Source: Polaromonas sp. (GTDB taxonomy: Bacteria; Pseudomonadota; Gammaproteobacteria; Burkholderiales; Burkholderiaceae_C). From it: DNA of 44,289 nt. Below are positions 22,080-32,264 of this stretch, in pieces. The notes under the pieces were generated by a model. That model ran no database searches, was not told the DNA's origin, and was given only the letters and a program-made list of their open reading frames with translations. The stretch spans positions 1 through 44,289 of the forward strand of contig JANNXF010000120.1 in the NCBI GenBank assembly GCA_031409395.1, given 5' to 3'. The translations under genes and the position numbers were made by a program. Position 1 is the first letter of the stretch. The number at the start of each line of letters is the position of its first letter.

Positions 22080-22140
22080 CGCTGGTGTCCTTTAGTTGAT
22101 TTGGCGCGTTGAATGTTAGGGATTTCAGCCTGAAATCACC

Positions 22141-22179
22141 ATGGCATGCGCGGCCAAGTTAATGGCGTTGCGATGCCAA
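22141..22179. promoter_or_regulatory. Tandem TGGC-N7/8-GCCA boxes 21 bp apart, candidate AraC-family operator
   Basis: ATGGCatgcgcgGCCAA at 22141 and ATGGCgttgcgatGCCAA at 22162, between the divergent hydrolase and regulator. Confidence 0.4.
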
Positions 22180-22231
22180 TCGGCACGGGCAGGCATTCGC
22201 CCGGAGACAGGTCTTGAATTACAGTGCGCTG

Positions 22232-23305
22232 ATGGCTATCTCATCGGACAAGGCAAAAAATGAACCGCGTGGTTTCAACCATGTGCAACGGACGATCGCA
22301 TCGGCCTGGATGCGCGGTGTGGCCGATCAGCTACGTGCGCATGGGCTGGATGTGCCTGCACTCTTTCGTGAAGCCGGGCTGGATATTCATGTGCTGGAGC
22401 GCGCCGACGGCAGGCTGCCAGTCGAGCAGGTTGATCGGCTCTGGATGCTGGCAGCCGAGCGTAGTGGGCAGCCCTTTGTCGCGCTGAGCCGCGCAACAGC
22501 AGACAACCCCACCAGCTTTGATATGTTGGCCTACGCCATGATGTCTTGCCAGAACCTTGCCGAAGCCGTTGTCCGCTTGGTGCAGTACTGCGCGGTTGTA
22601 TCTGACGCCGTCGATTTGCGTGTCATCAATATGGCCGAGGGCTGCCGCATCGAGGTGACGCCGATGGAACAGCCCATTCCAGGGCGATCATCACGGCTGG
22701 ACTACACCATCGTTACTTTTTTGGCCTTTTGTCGCTGGGTGACCAGCCGCCACATCGTGCCACTTGGGGTGGAGCTTTCGTATCCCGCGCCGACTGATCT
22801 GATGCAGCACCAGAAAGCTTTTTCTTGTACACCGCGTTTCAATGCACCTTTGCATGCGTTGCTATTGTGCAAAGCTGATCTGCAACTGCCCTTGCCTACT
22901 GCCAACGCAGTACTCAGCCGACTACATGACCGCGCCGTTCAAGAGCACGTAAGAAGCATGCAGTCGACCGGTATCGCTGCACGCATGGCGGCAATATTGG
23001 TGCGCCGTATTGGTAGTAGTCAGGTGATGCGAAGCGATGTTGCCCGCGATCTATGTATGAGTGACCGCACCTTGCAGCGTCGATTGCTTGAAGCAGGAAC
23101 ATCGTTTCAAAAGGAGCTTGATGCACTCAGGCAGCAACTCACCGAAAGCTACCTCAGCGACCCCGCTTTGCCATTGATGGGTATTGCGCAGTTACTGGGT
23201 TTCGCGGAAGAAAGCACGTTTTACCGGGCATGCCAACGCTGGTTTGAAATGTCACCCAAGCAGGCACGAGAACATGCACTGGAGAAACTGAGAACGGGAC
23301 AATAG
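22232..23305 (+). CDS. AraC-family transcriptional regulator
   Basis: C-terminal double HTH: VARDLCMSDRTLQRRL...IAQLLGFAEESTFYRACQRWFEMSP. Start set at ATG 22232. Confidence 0.92.
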   Translation: MAISSDKAKNEPRGFNHVQRTIASAWMRGVADQLRAHGLDVPALFREAGLDIHVLERADGRLPVEQVDRLWMLAAERSGQPFVALSRATADNPTSFDMLAYAMMSCQNLAEAVVRLVQYCAVVSDAVDLRVINMAEGCRIEVTPMEQPIPGRSSRLDYTIVTFLAFCRWVTSRHIVPLGVELSYPAPTDLMQHQKAFSCTPRFNAPLHALLLCKADLQLPLPTANAVLSRLHDRAVQEHVRSMQSTGIAARMAAILVRRIGSSQVMRSDVARDLCMSDRTLQRRLLEAGTSFQKELDALRQQLTESYLSDPALPLMGIAQLLGFAEESTFYRACQRWFEMSPKQAREHALEKLRTGQ

Positions 23306-23331
23306 CCCGTCTTGCAGGCCAAAGTCCATAA

Positions 23332-23874
23332 CTATGCAGGCGTATTTGCCTTGATGTAGTTGGCAATGCCGTCCATGATTTCCTTTTTGGCCGCTTCCGG
23401 GCCTTCCCAGCCCATCACCTTGACCCATTTGCCTTCTTCGAGATCTTTGTAGTGCTCGAAAAAGTGCGCAATGGTTTTCAGGCGCAGCGGGTTCATGTCT
23501 TCAGGTTTTTGCCAGTGCGTGTACAACGAGCATTTTTTGTCGATGGGAACCGCCAGCACTTTACCGTCTTCGCCGGCTTCGTCGGTCATTTTCAAAATAC
23601 CGATGACACGGCAGGTCACCACCACACCGGGAATCAGCGGAACCGGGGTAATTACCAGCACGTCCACCGGGTCGCCGTCGCCGCTGATGGTTTTGGGTAC
23701 GTAGCCGTAGTTGGTCGGGTAGTGCATTGACGTGCTCATGAAGCGGTCAACAAAAATCGCACCCGACTCCTTGTCCACCTCGTACTTCACCGGGTCAGCG
23801 TTCATCGGAATTTCGATGATCACGTTAAAGGACTCGGGCACGTTTTTACCGGGGGAAACTTTATCGAGGGACAT
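23332..23874 (-). CDS. ppa: Soluble inorganic pyrophosphatase (family I)
   Basis: [36 protein letters not shown]; start at MSLDKV (23874). Confidence 0.97.
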   Translation of the reverse strand: MSLDKVSPGKNVPESFNVIIEIPMNADPVKYEVDKESGAIFVDRFMSTSMHYPTNYGYVPKTISGDGDPVDVLVITPVPLIPGVVVTCRVIGILKMTDEAGEDGKVLAVPIDKKCSLYTHWQKPEDMNPLRLKTIAHFFEHYKDLEEGKWVKVMGWEGPEAAKKEIMDGIANYIKANTPA

Positions 23875-24062
23875 GGTTGTGGTTGTAGTGATGAAAAGAA
23901 AGGGGATGAAGCGCCAAAGCACTGGAACACCCGGGCGTGACGCTGGCCAGCGCCTCAGGATTTACCCTCATTTTACTGATTCAGAGCTTACGGGTCGCTA
24001 ACCCGTCATGTTTTGGCGTTAAATTTCGGGAGTTGGCCAATCGTCTCTGCGTGAGCAACGAG

Positions 24063-24143
24063 GAAGCAACGCAGCGGGGGTTCCGCCAGCGTTGTGTTTC
24101 ACACTGCGGTGAAACCCCCTCCAAGCGAAAAACAACGTAGGAG
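24063..24143 (+). promoter_or_regulatory. Structured 5' leader of hppA with alternative pairings
   Basis: GGGGGTT pairs with AACCCCC. GCGTTGTGTTTC can pair with GAAGCAACGC or with GAAAAACAACGT beside the AGGAG SD. Confidence 0.35.
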
Positions 24144-24150
24144 CTTTTAC

Positions 24151-26712
24151 ATGTCAGCTATGACAGGCAACTTGGCGCTTATTCTTGCGCTGGCGTGCGG
24201 ACTGATCGCCGTGATTTACGGCATCTGGACCCGCAGCTGGATTCTTTCCCAGGACGCAGGCAACCCCCGCATGCAGGAAATCGCGGCGGCCATTCAGACG
24301 GGTGCCGCCGCTTACCTCGCCCGCCAGTACAAAACCATCGCCATCGTCGGCGTGATTCTGGCGGTATTGATCGGCTTCTTTCTGGACGGCAAAACCGCCA
24401 TAGGTTTCGTGGTGGGCGCGGTGCTGTCGGGCGCCTGCGGTTTTATTGGCATGAATGTCTCGGTGCGCGCCAATGTACGCACCGCGCAGGCAGCCACCCG
24501 CGGCATTGGCCCCGCACTCGATGTCGCCTTTCGCGGCGGTGCCATTACCGGCATGCTGGTCGTCGGCCTGGGCCTGCTGGGCGTGACCGTCTTTTACTGG
24601 TTTTTGGTTGGCAACGGCAACTACACACCAGACCGCAAGCTGGCCGAGCTGCTCAATCCACTGATCGGTTTTGCCTTCGGTTCCTCGCTGATTTCCATTT
24701 TTGCCCGTCTCGGCGGCGGCATTTTCACCAAGGGCGCTGACGTCGGCGCCGACCTGGTGGGCAAGGTCGAGGCCGGTATTCCGGAAGACGACCCGCGCAA
24801 CCCGGCCGTGATTGCCGACAACGTGGGCGACAACGTGGGCGACTGCGCCGGTATGGCTGCCGACCTGTTTGAAACCTACGCCGTCACGCTGATCGCCACC
24901 ATGGTGCTGGGCGCCCTGCTGGTGGTCTCAGCACCCGTCAACGCCGTGCTCTACCCGCTGGCGCTGGGCGCAGTGTCCATCGTGGCGTCCATCATTGGCT
25001 GCTTCTTTGTGAAGGCCACGCCAGGCATGCGCAACGTCATGCCTGCGCTGTACAAAGGCCTGGCGATTGCAGGCATTTTGTCGCTGGTGGCTTTTTACTT
25101 TGTCACGATGTGGCTGATGCCCGACAACGCCATTGCAGCCAGTGGCAGCCAGATGAAGCTGTTTGGTGCCTGCGCTGTCGGCCTGGTGCTGACTGCCGCG
25201 CTGGTGTGGGTGACCGAGTACTACACCGGCACGCAATACGCGCCAGTCAAACACATTGCGCAAGCCTCGACCACCGGCCACGGCACCAATATCATTGCCG
25301 GCCTGGGGGTGTCCATGCGCTCCACCGCCTGGCCTGTGGTGTTTGTCTGCATCGCCATTTTGGTGTCGTTCAAGCTGGCGGGGCTCTACGGTATTGCGAT
25401 TGCAGCAACCTCCATGCTCAGCATGGCGGGTATTGTGGTGGCACTTGACGCCTACGGCCCGATCACTGACAACGCAGGCGGTATTGCCGAAATGGCCGAC
25501 ATGCCCAGCAGCGTGCGCGACATCACCGACCCGCTGGACGCCGTGGGCAACACCACCAAGGCCGTGACCAAAGGCTACGCGATCGGCTCTGCAGGTCTGG
25601 CCTCGCTGGTGCTTTTTGCTGACTACACCCACAAGCTCGAAGGCTATGGCCGGGCCATCAGCTTTGACCTGAGCGACCCGATGGTCATCGTCGGCCTCTT
25701 CATCGGCGGCCTGATTCCCTATCTGTTTGGCGCCATGGCCATGGAGGCCGTGGGCCGCGCTGCCGGTGCGGTGGTGGTTGAAGTGCGCCGCCAGTTCAAG
25801 GAGATCAAGGGCATCATGGAAGGCACGGCCAAGCCCGAGTACGGCCGCGCGGTTGACATGCTGACTACCGCCGCCATCAAGGAAATGATCATTCCTTCAC
25901 TGCTGCCGGTGGTGGTACCGATTCTGGTGGGCCTGCTGCTGGGCCCCAAGGCGCTCGGCGGTTTGCTGATGGGTACCATCATCACCGGTATCTTTCTGGC
26001 GATTTCCATGTGCACGGGCGGTGGTGCCTGGGACAACGCCAAAAAATACATTGAAGACGGTAACCATGGCGGCAAGGGCTCCGACGCCCACAAGGCCGCT
26101 GTCACCGGCGACACCGTTGGTGACCCCTACAAGGACACCGCCGGCCCGGCCATCAACCCGCTGATCAAGATCATCAACATCGTGGCGCTGCTGATTGTGC
26201 CGCTGGTGGTGAAGGTGCATGGCGGTGATACGGTGCCGCCCCGGGTTGAGGCGCCCGCAGCCATGACGGCGCCTGCCGCAGGGCCAGCCACGGCCGTGGC
26301 CACAGGCTCTGTCACCCCTGCAGAGGCTGGCGCCGTGGCCGCCAAAAGCGATGCCGCCATGCTGGCAGCCGCACAAACCGCTGCCGATGCCGCCTCCGTC
26401 AAGGTTGAGCGAGGCATCGTCATGTTCTTTTTTGTGACCGGAAAATCCGACGTGGCTGCCGATGGAGCGAAGGCTTTGGCCGACGTGGTGGCTGGCGTGA
26501 AAGCGGGTAAAAAGGCCGCTGTCAGCGGCTATGTGGACGCCACCGGCGACCCCGCCCGAAACGCTGAAATTGCCAAACAGCGCGCCTTTGCGGTGCGCGA
26601 CCTGCTGAAGGCGCAGGGCGTGGCAGACAACATGATTGAGCTGAAAAAACCGGAGGACATCAAGGCCGGTTCAGGCGCTGAAGCCCGCCGGGTTGAAGTG
26701 ACGCTGATGTAG
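24151..26712 (+). CDS. hppA: Membrane pyrophosphatase (K+-independent H+-pumping signature) fused to an OmpA-like C-terminal domain
   Basis: [46 protein letters not shown]; Ala/Pro linker; [29 protein letters not shown] before 24151. Confidence 0.95.
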   Translation: MSAMTGNLALILALACGLIAVIYGIWTRSWILSQDAGNPRMQEIAAAIQTGAAAYLARQYKTIAIVGVILAVLIGFFLDGKTAIGFVVGAVLSGACGFIGMNVSVRANVRTAQAATRGIGPALDVAFRGGAITGMLVVGLGLLGVTVFYWFLVGNGNYTPDRKLAELLNPLIGFAFGSSLISIFARLGGGIFTKGADVGADLVGKVEAGIPEDDPRNPAVIADNVGDNVGDCAGMAADLFETYAVTLIATMVLGALLVVSAPVNAVLYPLALGAVSIVASIIGCFFVKATPGMRNVMPALYKGLAIAGILSLVAFYFVTMWLMPDNAIAASGSQMKLFGACAVGLVLTAALVWVTEYYTGTQYAPVKHIAQASTTGHGTNIIAGLGVSMRSTAWPVVFVCIAILVSFKLAGLYGIAIAATSMLSMAGIVVALDAYGPITDNAGGIAEMADMPSSVRDITDPLDAVGNTTKAVTKGYAIGSAGLASLVLFADYTHKLEGYGRAISFDLSDPMVIVGLFIGGLIPYLFGAMAMEAVGRAAGAVVVEVRRQFKEIKGIMEGTAKPEYGRAVDMLTTAAIKEMIIPSLLPVVVPILVGLLLGPKALGGLLMGTIITGIFLAISMCTGGGAWDNAKKYIEDGNHGGKGSDAHKAAVTGDTVGDPYKDTAGPAINPLIKIINIVALLIVPLVVKVHGGDTVPPRVEAPAAMTAPAAGPATAVATGSVTPAEAGAVAAKSDAAMLAAAQTAADAASVKVERGIVMFFFVTGKSDVAADGAKALADVVAGVKAGKKAAVSGYVDATGDPARNAEIAKQRAFAVRDLLKAQGVADNMIELKKPEDIKAGSGAEARRVEVTLM

Positions 26713-26733
26713 GCACCCGCCGCTTCACGCCCC

Positions 26734-26760
26734 AAAGCCCGCTTGTGCGGGCTTTTTTTT
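26734..26760 (+). terminator. Intrinsic terminator of hppA
   Basis: AAAGCCCGC-ttgt-GCGGGCTTTTTTTT. Confidence 0.9.
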
Positions 26761-27003
26761 GGCCATCACTGCAAGTCAGCGACAAAACCAGCGTTGACCT
26801 TTTCAATTTTTCCAAATGCGCTCACGTCGCCTTGCTGACTTGCCAACAAAGCGACCCGATCTGAAATTTCTGCGGTGAAATATACCTTGAAACCAAGCGA
26901 TAGGCATTGGGGGAAAAATACTGGAACTTTTATGCGGGTCTCTTCAAAAATGTAACCAATTTGGTATTAAATACAGCTACTTAACAAACGCCAGGGAGGC
27001 CAA

Positions 27004-28362
27004 ATGGGTACTGCCAAAAAGATGAGTGTGTCGCAGTTGACGATGCTGACCGCGGTCAACATGCTGGGCTCCGGCATCGTCTTGCTGCCGACCAAACTGG
27101 CTGAAATCGGCTCCATTTCCATCCTGTCCTGGCTGGTCACCGCCACGGGTTCGCTGGCGCTGGCTTACTGCTTTGCCAAGTGCGGCACGCTGAGCCGAAA
27201 ACCGGGCGGCATGGGTGGCTATGCCGAATACGCCTTTGGCAAGTCAGGCAACTACCTTTCCAACTACACCTACGGCAGTTCGCTGCTGATTGCCAACGTC
27301 GCCATCAGCATCACGGCGGTAGGTTACCTGACTGAATTATTCGGGCTGTCGCTCACTCCGCTGGGGGTGGGCTTGATGACGATTGCGCTGCTCTGGATCA
27401 CCACCTTCGCCAACTTCGGTGGCGCGCAGATTACCGGAAAAATCGGTGCCATCACCGTCTGGGGCGTGATTGGCCCGGTACTGGCGGTGTCCACGCTGGG
27501 CTGGTTCTGGTTCAGCGCCGATACCTATGCCGCCGGATGGAACCCGCATAACGCAACGCTGCTACAGGCGGCAGGCTCGTCCATTGCCATCACTCTGTGG
27601 GCCTTTTTAGGCCTTGAATCCGCCTGTGCCAATGCCGATGCCGTGGAGAACCCCGAAAAGAACGTGCCCATTGCGGTGCTCGGCGGCACGATTGGCGCGG
27701 CCATTGTCTACATTGTTTCGACCAATGTCATGGCGGGCATTGTGTCCAACCCGGAACTGGCGGCTTCCACCGCGCCGTTCGGCCTTGTCTTTGCCCAAAT
27801 GTTCAACCCGATGGTGGGCAAAGTGGTGATGGGCCTGATGGTTCTGGCCTGTATCGGCTCGCTTCTCGGCTGGCAATTCACGATTGCACAGGTATTTAAG
27901 AGCTCGGCAGATGTGGGCTATTTCGTCCGTATTTTTGGGCGCACCAACAAGGCGGGCACACCGATAGCCGGCATGCTGATTCTGCTGGCGGCCCAGACTG
28001 CGCTGGCGCTGCTGACCATCAGCCCGGACCTGGCCCAACAGTTTGATACGCTGGTCAACCTCGCGGTCGTGACCAACATCATCCCTTACATCCTGTCAAT
28101 GGCAGCACTGATCACCTTGCAGAAAGTTTCAGGCATTGACCCGAAAAAAGCGCTGGTGACCAATGCGATTGCCCTCGTGGCAGCCGCTTACGCCTACCTG
28201 GCGCTTTACAGCGCCGGCACGCAGGCGCTGATGCTGGGCGGCGTGGCAACCATCTTCGGCTTCACGCTGTTTGGCTTTGTCAACACGCGACTGATGGACC
28301 TCGAGCGTCAAAAAAACCGGGGCCAGCACACCGACACGGCTGCTGACCAAACAGCGGTCTGA
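27004..28362 (+). CDS. potE: Putrescine-ornithine antiporter-like APC transporter
   Basis: QLTMLTAVNMLGSGI.LLPTKLAE, GGMGGYAEYAFGKSGN, LWAFLGLESAC closely follow PotE; GGGAGG SD. Confidence 0.88.
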   Translation: MGTAKKMSVSQLTMLTAVNMLGSGIVLLPTKLAEIGSISILSWLVTATGSLALAYCFAKCGTLSRKPGGMGGYAEYAFGKSGNYLSNYTYGSSLLIANVAISITAVGYLTELFGLSLTPLGVGLMTIALLWITTFANFGGAQITGKIGAITVWGVIGPVLAVSTLGWFWFSADTYAAGWNPHNATLLQAAGSSIAITLWAFLGLESACANADAVENPEKNVPIAVLGGTIGAAIVYIVSTNVMAGIVSNPELAASTAPFGLVFAQMFNPMVGKVVMGLMVLACIGSLLGWQFTIAQVFKSSADVGYFVRIFGRTNKAGTPIAGMLILLAAQTALALLTISPDLAQQFDTLVNLAVVTNIIPYILSMAALITLQKVSGIDPKKALVTNAIALVAAAYAYLALYSAGTQALMLGGVATIFGFTLFGFVNTRLMDLERQKNRGQHTDTAADQTAV

Positions 28363-28455
28363 AAATCAAGTTACCTACGTCACGTCAGGCAACACCGCGC
28401 AACCGTCAGACATTCAATTTCTTGTATCCGATCTGCTATTTACTGGAGCAATACC

Positions 28456-30747
28456 GTGTTTTTCAAATCGCTTGATTACCCCATCGTCATCGTTGACAGC
28501 TGTTATGACTCCCCCCGCCTGCATGGCACCATGATCAGGGAGCTGGCTGACGAACTGCGGACGCAAAACCAGCGCGTGTTGAACGGCATGACGATGGACG
28601 ACGCCCATATTGCGGCACGCACCTATCTGGCGGCCTCGGCGGTCCTGATTTCCATTGATTCAAGCATCGACCAGGCGGCCCAGCTCGCGCAGGTAGAAAC
28701 GCTGCTGACAGACAACCTGGCACGCCACCCGAATCTTCCGGTGTTTCTGTATGGCGAACGCGGCGCCGTGGAAAAGGTGCCTACCCAGCTGGTCCAGCAT
28801 GTGCGGGGGTATTTTTACCTTTTTGAGGACACCAAAAGTTTTATCGCCCGGCAGGTGATACGCGCTGCCGACGACTACATGGAGAACCTGCTGCCGCCGT
28901 TCTTCAAGGCCCTGGTCAAGCACACGGCCGAATCGAGTTACTCGTGGTACACGCCGGGCCATGCAGGTGGCGTGGCGTTCACCAAATCGGCGGTAGGCCG
29001 TGCGTTTCACCAGTTTTTTGGCGAGAACACCCTGCGCAGTGACCTGTCGATTTCAGTCCCGGAACTGGGCTCTCTGCTCGATCACTCTGGCCCCATCAAG
29101 GAAGCAGAGGAACAGGCCGCTGCCAATTTTGGCGCTGACCACACCTTCTTTGTCACCAACGGAACCTCTACCGCCAACAAGATCATCTGGCACGGAACCG
29201 TGGCACGCGGCGATGTGGTGTTTGTCGACAGGAACTGCCACAAGTCCCTGCTCCACTCGCTCATCATGACCGGCGCCATTCCGCTTTACTTTGTGCCCAG
29301 CCGCAACGCACACGGCATCATTGGCCCCATCAGCCATGACCAGTTTGACCCGGCCGCCATGAAAGCCCGTATTGCCGCGAGCCCGCTGGCGAGCAAAGCC
29401 ATGGCCGAGGGCGGCACGCTGCGCATTGCCGTGGTGACCAACTCCACCTACGACGGCCTTTGCTACAACGCCGAGAAAATCGCCGCCACAGTGGGAGGCT
29501 CGCTCGATTACCTGCACTTTGACGAAGCCTGGTACGCCTACGCCGCCTTTCATCCGTTTTACGAACACTACTACGGCATGGCCAAAGGCAAGCCCCGTGG
29601 CCAGGAAGCCATTGTGTTCACGACGCATTCCACCCACAAACTGCTGGCGGCCTTTTCGCAGTCGTCCATGATTCATGTGCGTAACAGCCGCACCCGCAAG
29701 CTGGACACCGGGCGCTTCAACGAAGCGTTCATGATGCACACCACCACCAGCCCGCTGTATCCGGTCATTGCCGCCTGTGACATGGCGTCCAAGATGATGG
29801 AAGGCGCCGCCGGGGAATCGCTGGTGCAGGAAATGCACGACGAGTCTTTGGCTTTCCGCCGGGCCATGCTGCAGATCGACAGTGATTTACCCAAAAAAGA
29901 CTGGTGGTTCAAGGTCTGGCAGCCCGACCCGGTCATCAAGAAATTGCAAAAAGGAAAAACAGCGACCCCGGCACCGGCCCAGCAGGCCGACTGGTGCCTT
30001 CGCCCGAACGCTGACTGGCACGGGTTCGGTGCGCTGGCAGACGACTTTGTCATGATTGATCCGATCAAGGTCACCCTGACCATGCCGGGTCTGGGCATGG
30101 ATGGCAGCATGGGCGATCAGGGTATTCCGGCACCCATCGTCAGCAAATTCCTCTGGACGCGCGGCGTGGTGGTTGAAAAGACCAACCTGTATTCTTTCCT
30201 TGTCCTCTTTTCAATGGGCATCACCAAGGGAAAATGGGCTTCCCTGGTGGCGGAGCTGATGACGTTCAAGCAACTCTACGACGCCAACGCACCGTTGCGG
30301 GATGTGCTGCCGGAGCTGGCGGCGTCGTATCCCCAGGTGTATGCGGCAAAAGGCTTGCGTGACCTGTGCGATGACCTGCACCAGTTCAACCGGGCGCAGC
30401 ATGTTCCCAGGGTGATGCAAGAGATGTATGTGGAGCAGCCAGACCTGGCGATGATTCCGGCAGACGCTTACACCAAACTCGTTCGCGGCGAGGTCGAAAA
30501 AGTCGAGCCGCACGAGCTCAAGGGGCGTATCGCCGCCACCATGCTGGTTCCTTACCCGCCCGGCATACCACTCATCATGCCCGGCGAGTTGTACAACGAG
30601 AAGGCAGAAGCCATCTTCACCTACCTGAAAATTGCGCAAGAGCAGGACGCGCTGTTCCCGGGGTTCGAGTCCGACATCCATGGACGCGAAATGGAAATCG
30701 ATGCCTCTGGCAAGCGCCGCTACCTGGTGGAAGTGCTTAAAACCTGA
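28456..30747 (+). CDS. PLP-dependent Orn/Lys/Arg decarboxylase (long, wing-domain type)
   Basis: TPGHAGG, ELGSLLDH, VTNGTSTAN, DRNCHKS, HFDEAW, THSTHK (PLP Lys), PYPPGIP, FPGFE; GTG start with GGAG. Confidence 0.93.
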   Translation: MFFKSLDYPIVIVDSCYDSPRLHGTMIRELADELRTQNQRVLNGMTMDDAHIAARTYLAASAVLISIDSSIDQAAQLAQVETLLTDNLARHPNLPVFLYGERGAVEKVPTQLVQHVRGYFYLFEDTKSFIARQVIRAADDYMENLLPPFFKALVKHTAESSYSWYTPGHAGGVAFTKSAVGRAFHQFFGENTLRSDLSISVPELGSLLDHSGPIKEAEEQAAANFGADHTFFVTNGTSTANKIIWHGTVARGDVVFVDRNCHKSLLHSLIMTGAIPLYFVPSRNAHGIIGPISHDQFDPAAMKARIAASPLASKAMAEGGTLRIAVVTNSTYDGLCYNAEKIAATVGGSLDYLHFDEAWYAYAAFHPFYEHYYGMAKGKPRGQEAIVFTTHSTHKLLAAFSQSSMIHVRNSRTRKLDTGRFNEAFMMHTTTSPLYPVIAACDMASKMMEGAAGESLVQEMHDESLAFRRAMLQIDSDLPKKDWWFKVWQPDPVIKKLQKGKTATPAPAQQADWCLRPNADWHGFGALADDFVMIDPIKVTLTMPGLGMDGSMGDQGIPAPIVSKFLWTRGVVVEKTNLYSFLVLFSMGITKGKWASLVAELMTFKQLYDANAPLRDVLPELAASYPQVYAAKGLRDLCDDLHQFNRAQHVPRVMQEMYVEQPDLAMIPADAYTKLVRGEVEKVEPHELKGRIAATMLVPYPPGIPLIMPGELYNEKAEAIFTYLKIAQEQDALFPGFESDIHGREMEIDASGKRRYLVEVLKT

Positions 30748-30855
30748 TGCCCGCCGACTGCATGGGAAAACCATCCCGGACCCGCAGTGGGGCATGAACT
30801 GCTTGTGGGAAGCGTTGGAACCGCACACCGTGTCAGGGTCAGCGGGTGTTACACC

Positions 30856-32262
30856 ATGATGTCCTATTTACCTTGTCTTGCCTTGTTGCTTGGTCTTGCA
30901 AGCCATCATTGCGCGCAGGCCCAGGCACAAGCGCAGAGCCTGACTTTTGAAGCCGCCCTGGACCGCGTCAAGAGTGGTTCTGACCGGCTGGCGGCCGCGC
31001 GGGCTGCAGTTGACAGCAAAGTCCTGCAGGAGCAGGGCCTCAAGGGCCTGGGCGGTCCGCTGGTCAGCGTGAATGCAGCGGCCTACGCCTACAACGCCAA
31101 CCTGAACGTCAACCTGGACCCCATCAACCAGCAGTTGTCGCAAATCAACCAGCACCTGCCGATTCCCCTGCAAAACCTGCCCATCCCGCTGCCGGTCCCC
31201 CAGTTTCCGGCCGCCTACACCTTCAACCGGTATGACACGGGCACCACCCAGTCGATTTCAGCGGTCTGGCCTATTTATGCCGGTGGCGCCGGCGATGCGG
31301 TCCGCGGTTTTGTCGCCGCGCAAGAAAGCGAAGCACGCGCCGATGCCGACAAAACGCGTGATGAAGTGACCACACAACTGGTACAGCGGTATTTTGGTGC
31401 GCAACTGGCGCTAAAGGCGGCCGCGCTACGCCGCGCCGCCCTGGAAGACATCCGCCAGCACGATGCCGCAACGGCCAGGATGCTGACGGCCGGCACGGTC
31501 TCCCGCCTCGAGCGACTGCAGGCCCAGGCCAGCTACGAAGAGGCCAAGCGCAGCGCCCTGAAGGCCGACGATGATGCCGAAATGGCTGCGATTGCGCTGG
31601 CACGCACTGTCAGGGCAGACAGCCCTGTCAAGCCCGAAACCCCTCTTTTTGTCCTGACGCAGCCCGTGGAATCGTTGCCACATTTTCTCAACCAGGCCGC
31701 GCTGCGCCACCCTGGTCTTGCGAAGGTCAATGCCAAAAAAAACCAGGCCGAACAATTGCACAAGGGCCAGGAAGCGTTGCGCAAGCCGCAGGTGTTTGCC
31801 TTTGGCCAGCGCGAGCTGAAAACCGGCAATGCCGACAGCGTTGGCGGCATTGCTGTGCGTTGGACGCTGTTCGACGCTGTAGACCGCAACGCGCTGGCCG
31901 CAGCGTCCGGCAAACAGATTGAGCAGGCCGAGCGCACCGGAATCCAGGCCAGCAGTGACATCAGCCTGCTGGTCGAGAAAAACTGGCGCAGCGTTGAGCA
32001 GATGCGCCGTCAGTTCATCGCCACAGAGCCCGGCGTAGAGGTTGCTCGCGAGGTGCTTCGCCTGCGTACGTCGGCGCTGCGCGAAGGCACGGGCACCGCC
32101 CTGGAGCTGATGGATGCCGAAGTCAACCATGCCAAGGTCAACACAGAGCGCGCACAGGTTGCTTACGAGTATGTGATGGCGCTGGCCAACCTGCTGGAAA
32201 GCTGCGGCCTGTCTGAAGATTTCGGCAGCTATATTCTTCGTGCTGATGTGAGACTGGACTGA
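30856..32262 (+). CDS. TolC-family outer membrane protein
   Basis: Signal peptide after ATG 30856, coiled helices, EGTGTALELMDAE; first gene of the efflux set. Confidence 0.85.
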   Translation: MMSYLPCLALLLGLASHHCAQAQAQAQSLTFEAALDRVKSGSDRLAAARAAVDSKVLQEQGLKGLGGPLVSVNAAAYAYNANLNVNLDPINQQLSQINQHLPIPLQNLPIPLPVPQFPAAYTFNRYDTGTTQSISAVWPIYAGGAGDAVRGFVAAQESEARADADKTRDEVTTQLVQRYFGAQLALKAAALRRAALEDIRQHDAATARMLTAGTVSRLERLQAQASYEEAKRSALKADDDAEMAAIALARTVRADSPVKPETPLFVLTQPVESLPHFLNQAALRHPGLAKVNAKKNQAEQLHKGQEALRKPQVFAFGQRELKTGNADSVGGIAVRWTLFDAVDRNALAAASGKQIEQAERTGIQASSDISLLVEKNWRSVEQMRRQFIATEPGVEVAREVLRLRTSALREGTGTALELMDAEVNHAKVNTERAQVAYEYVMALANLLESCGLSEDFGSYILRADVRLD

Positions 32263-32264
32263 CC

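Larger units (their letters stand above)
20669..23331. mobile_element. Horizontally acquired islet bounded by ppa direct repeats; no mobility gene
   Basis: Flanked by the two ppa 3' ends; visibly more A/T-ending codons; left-most gene truncated near the junction. Confidence 0.65.

Noticed and set aside
20669-23331. Prophage, IS or integron as the source of the islet
   Set aside because: No integrase, transposase, terminal inverted repeats or attC-like sites seen.
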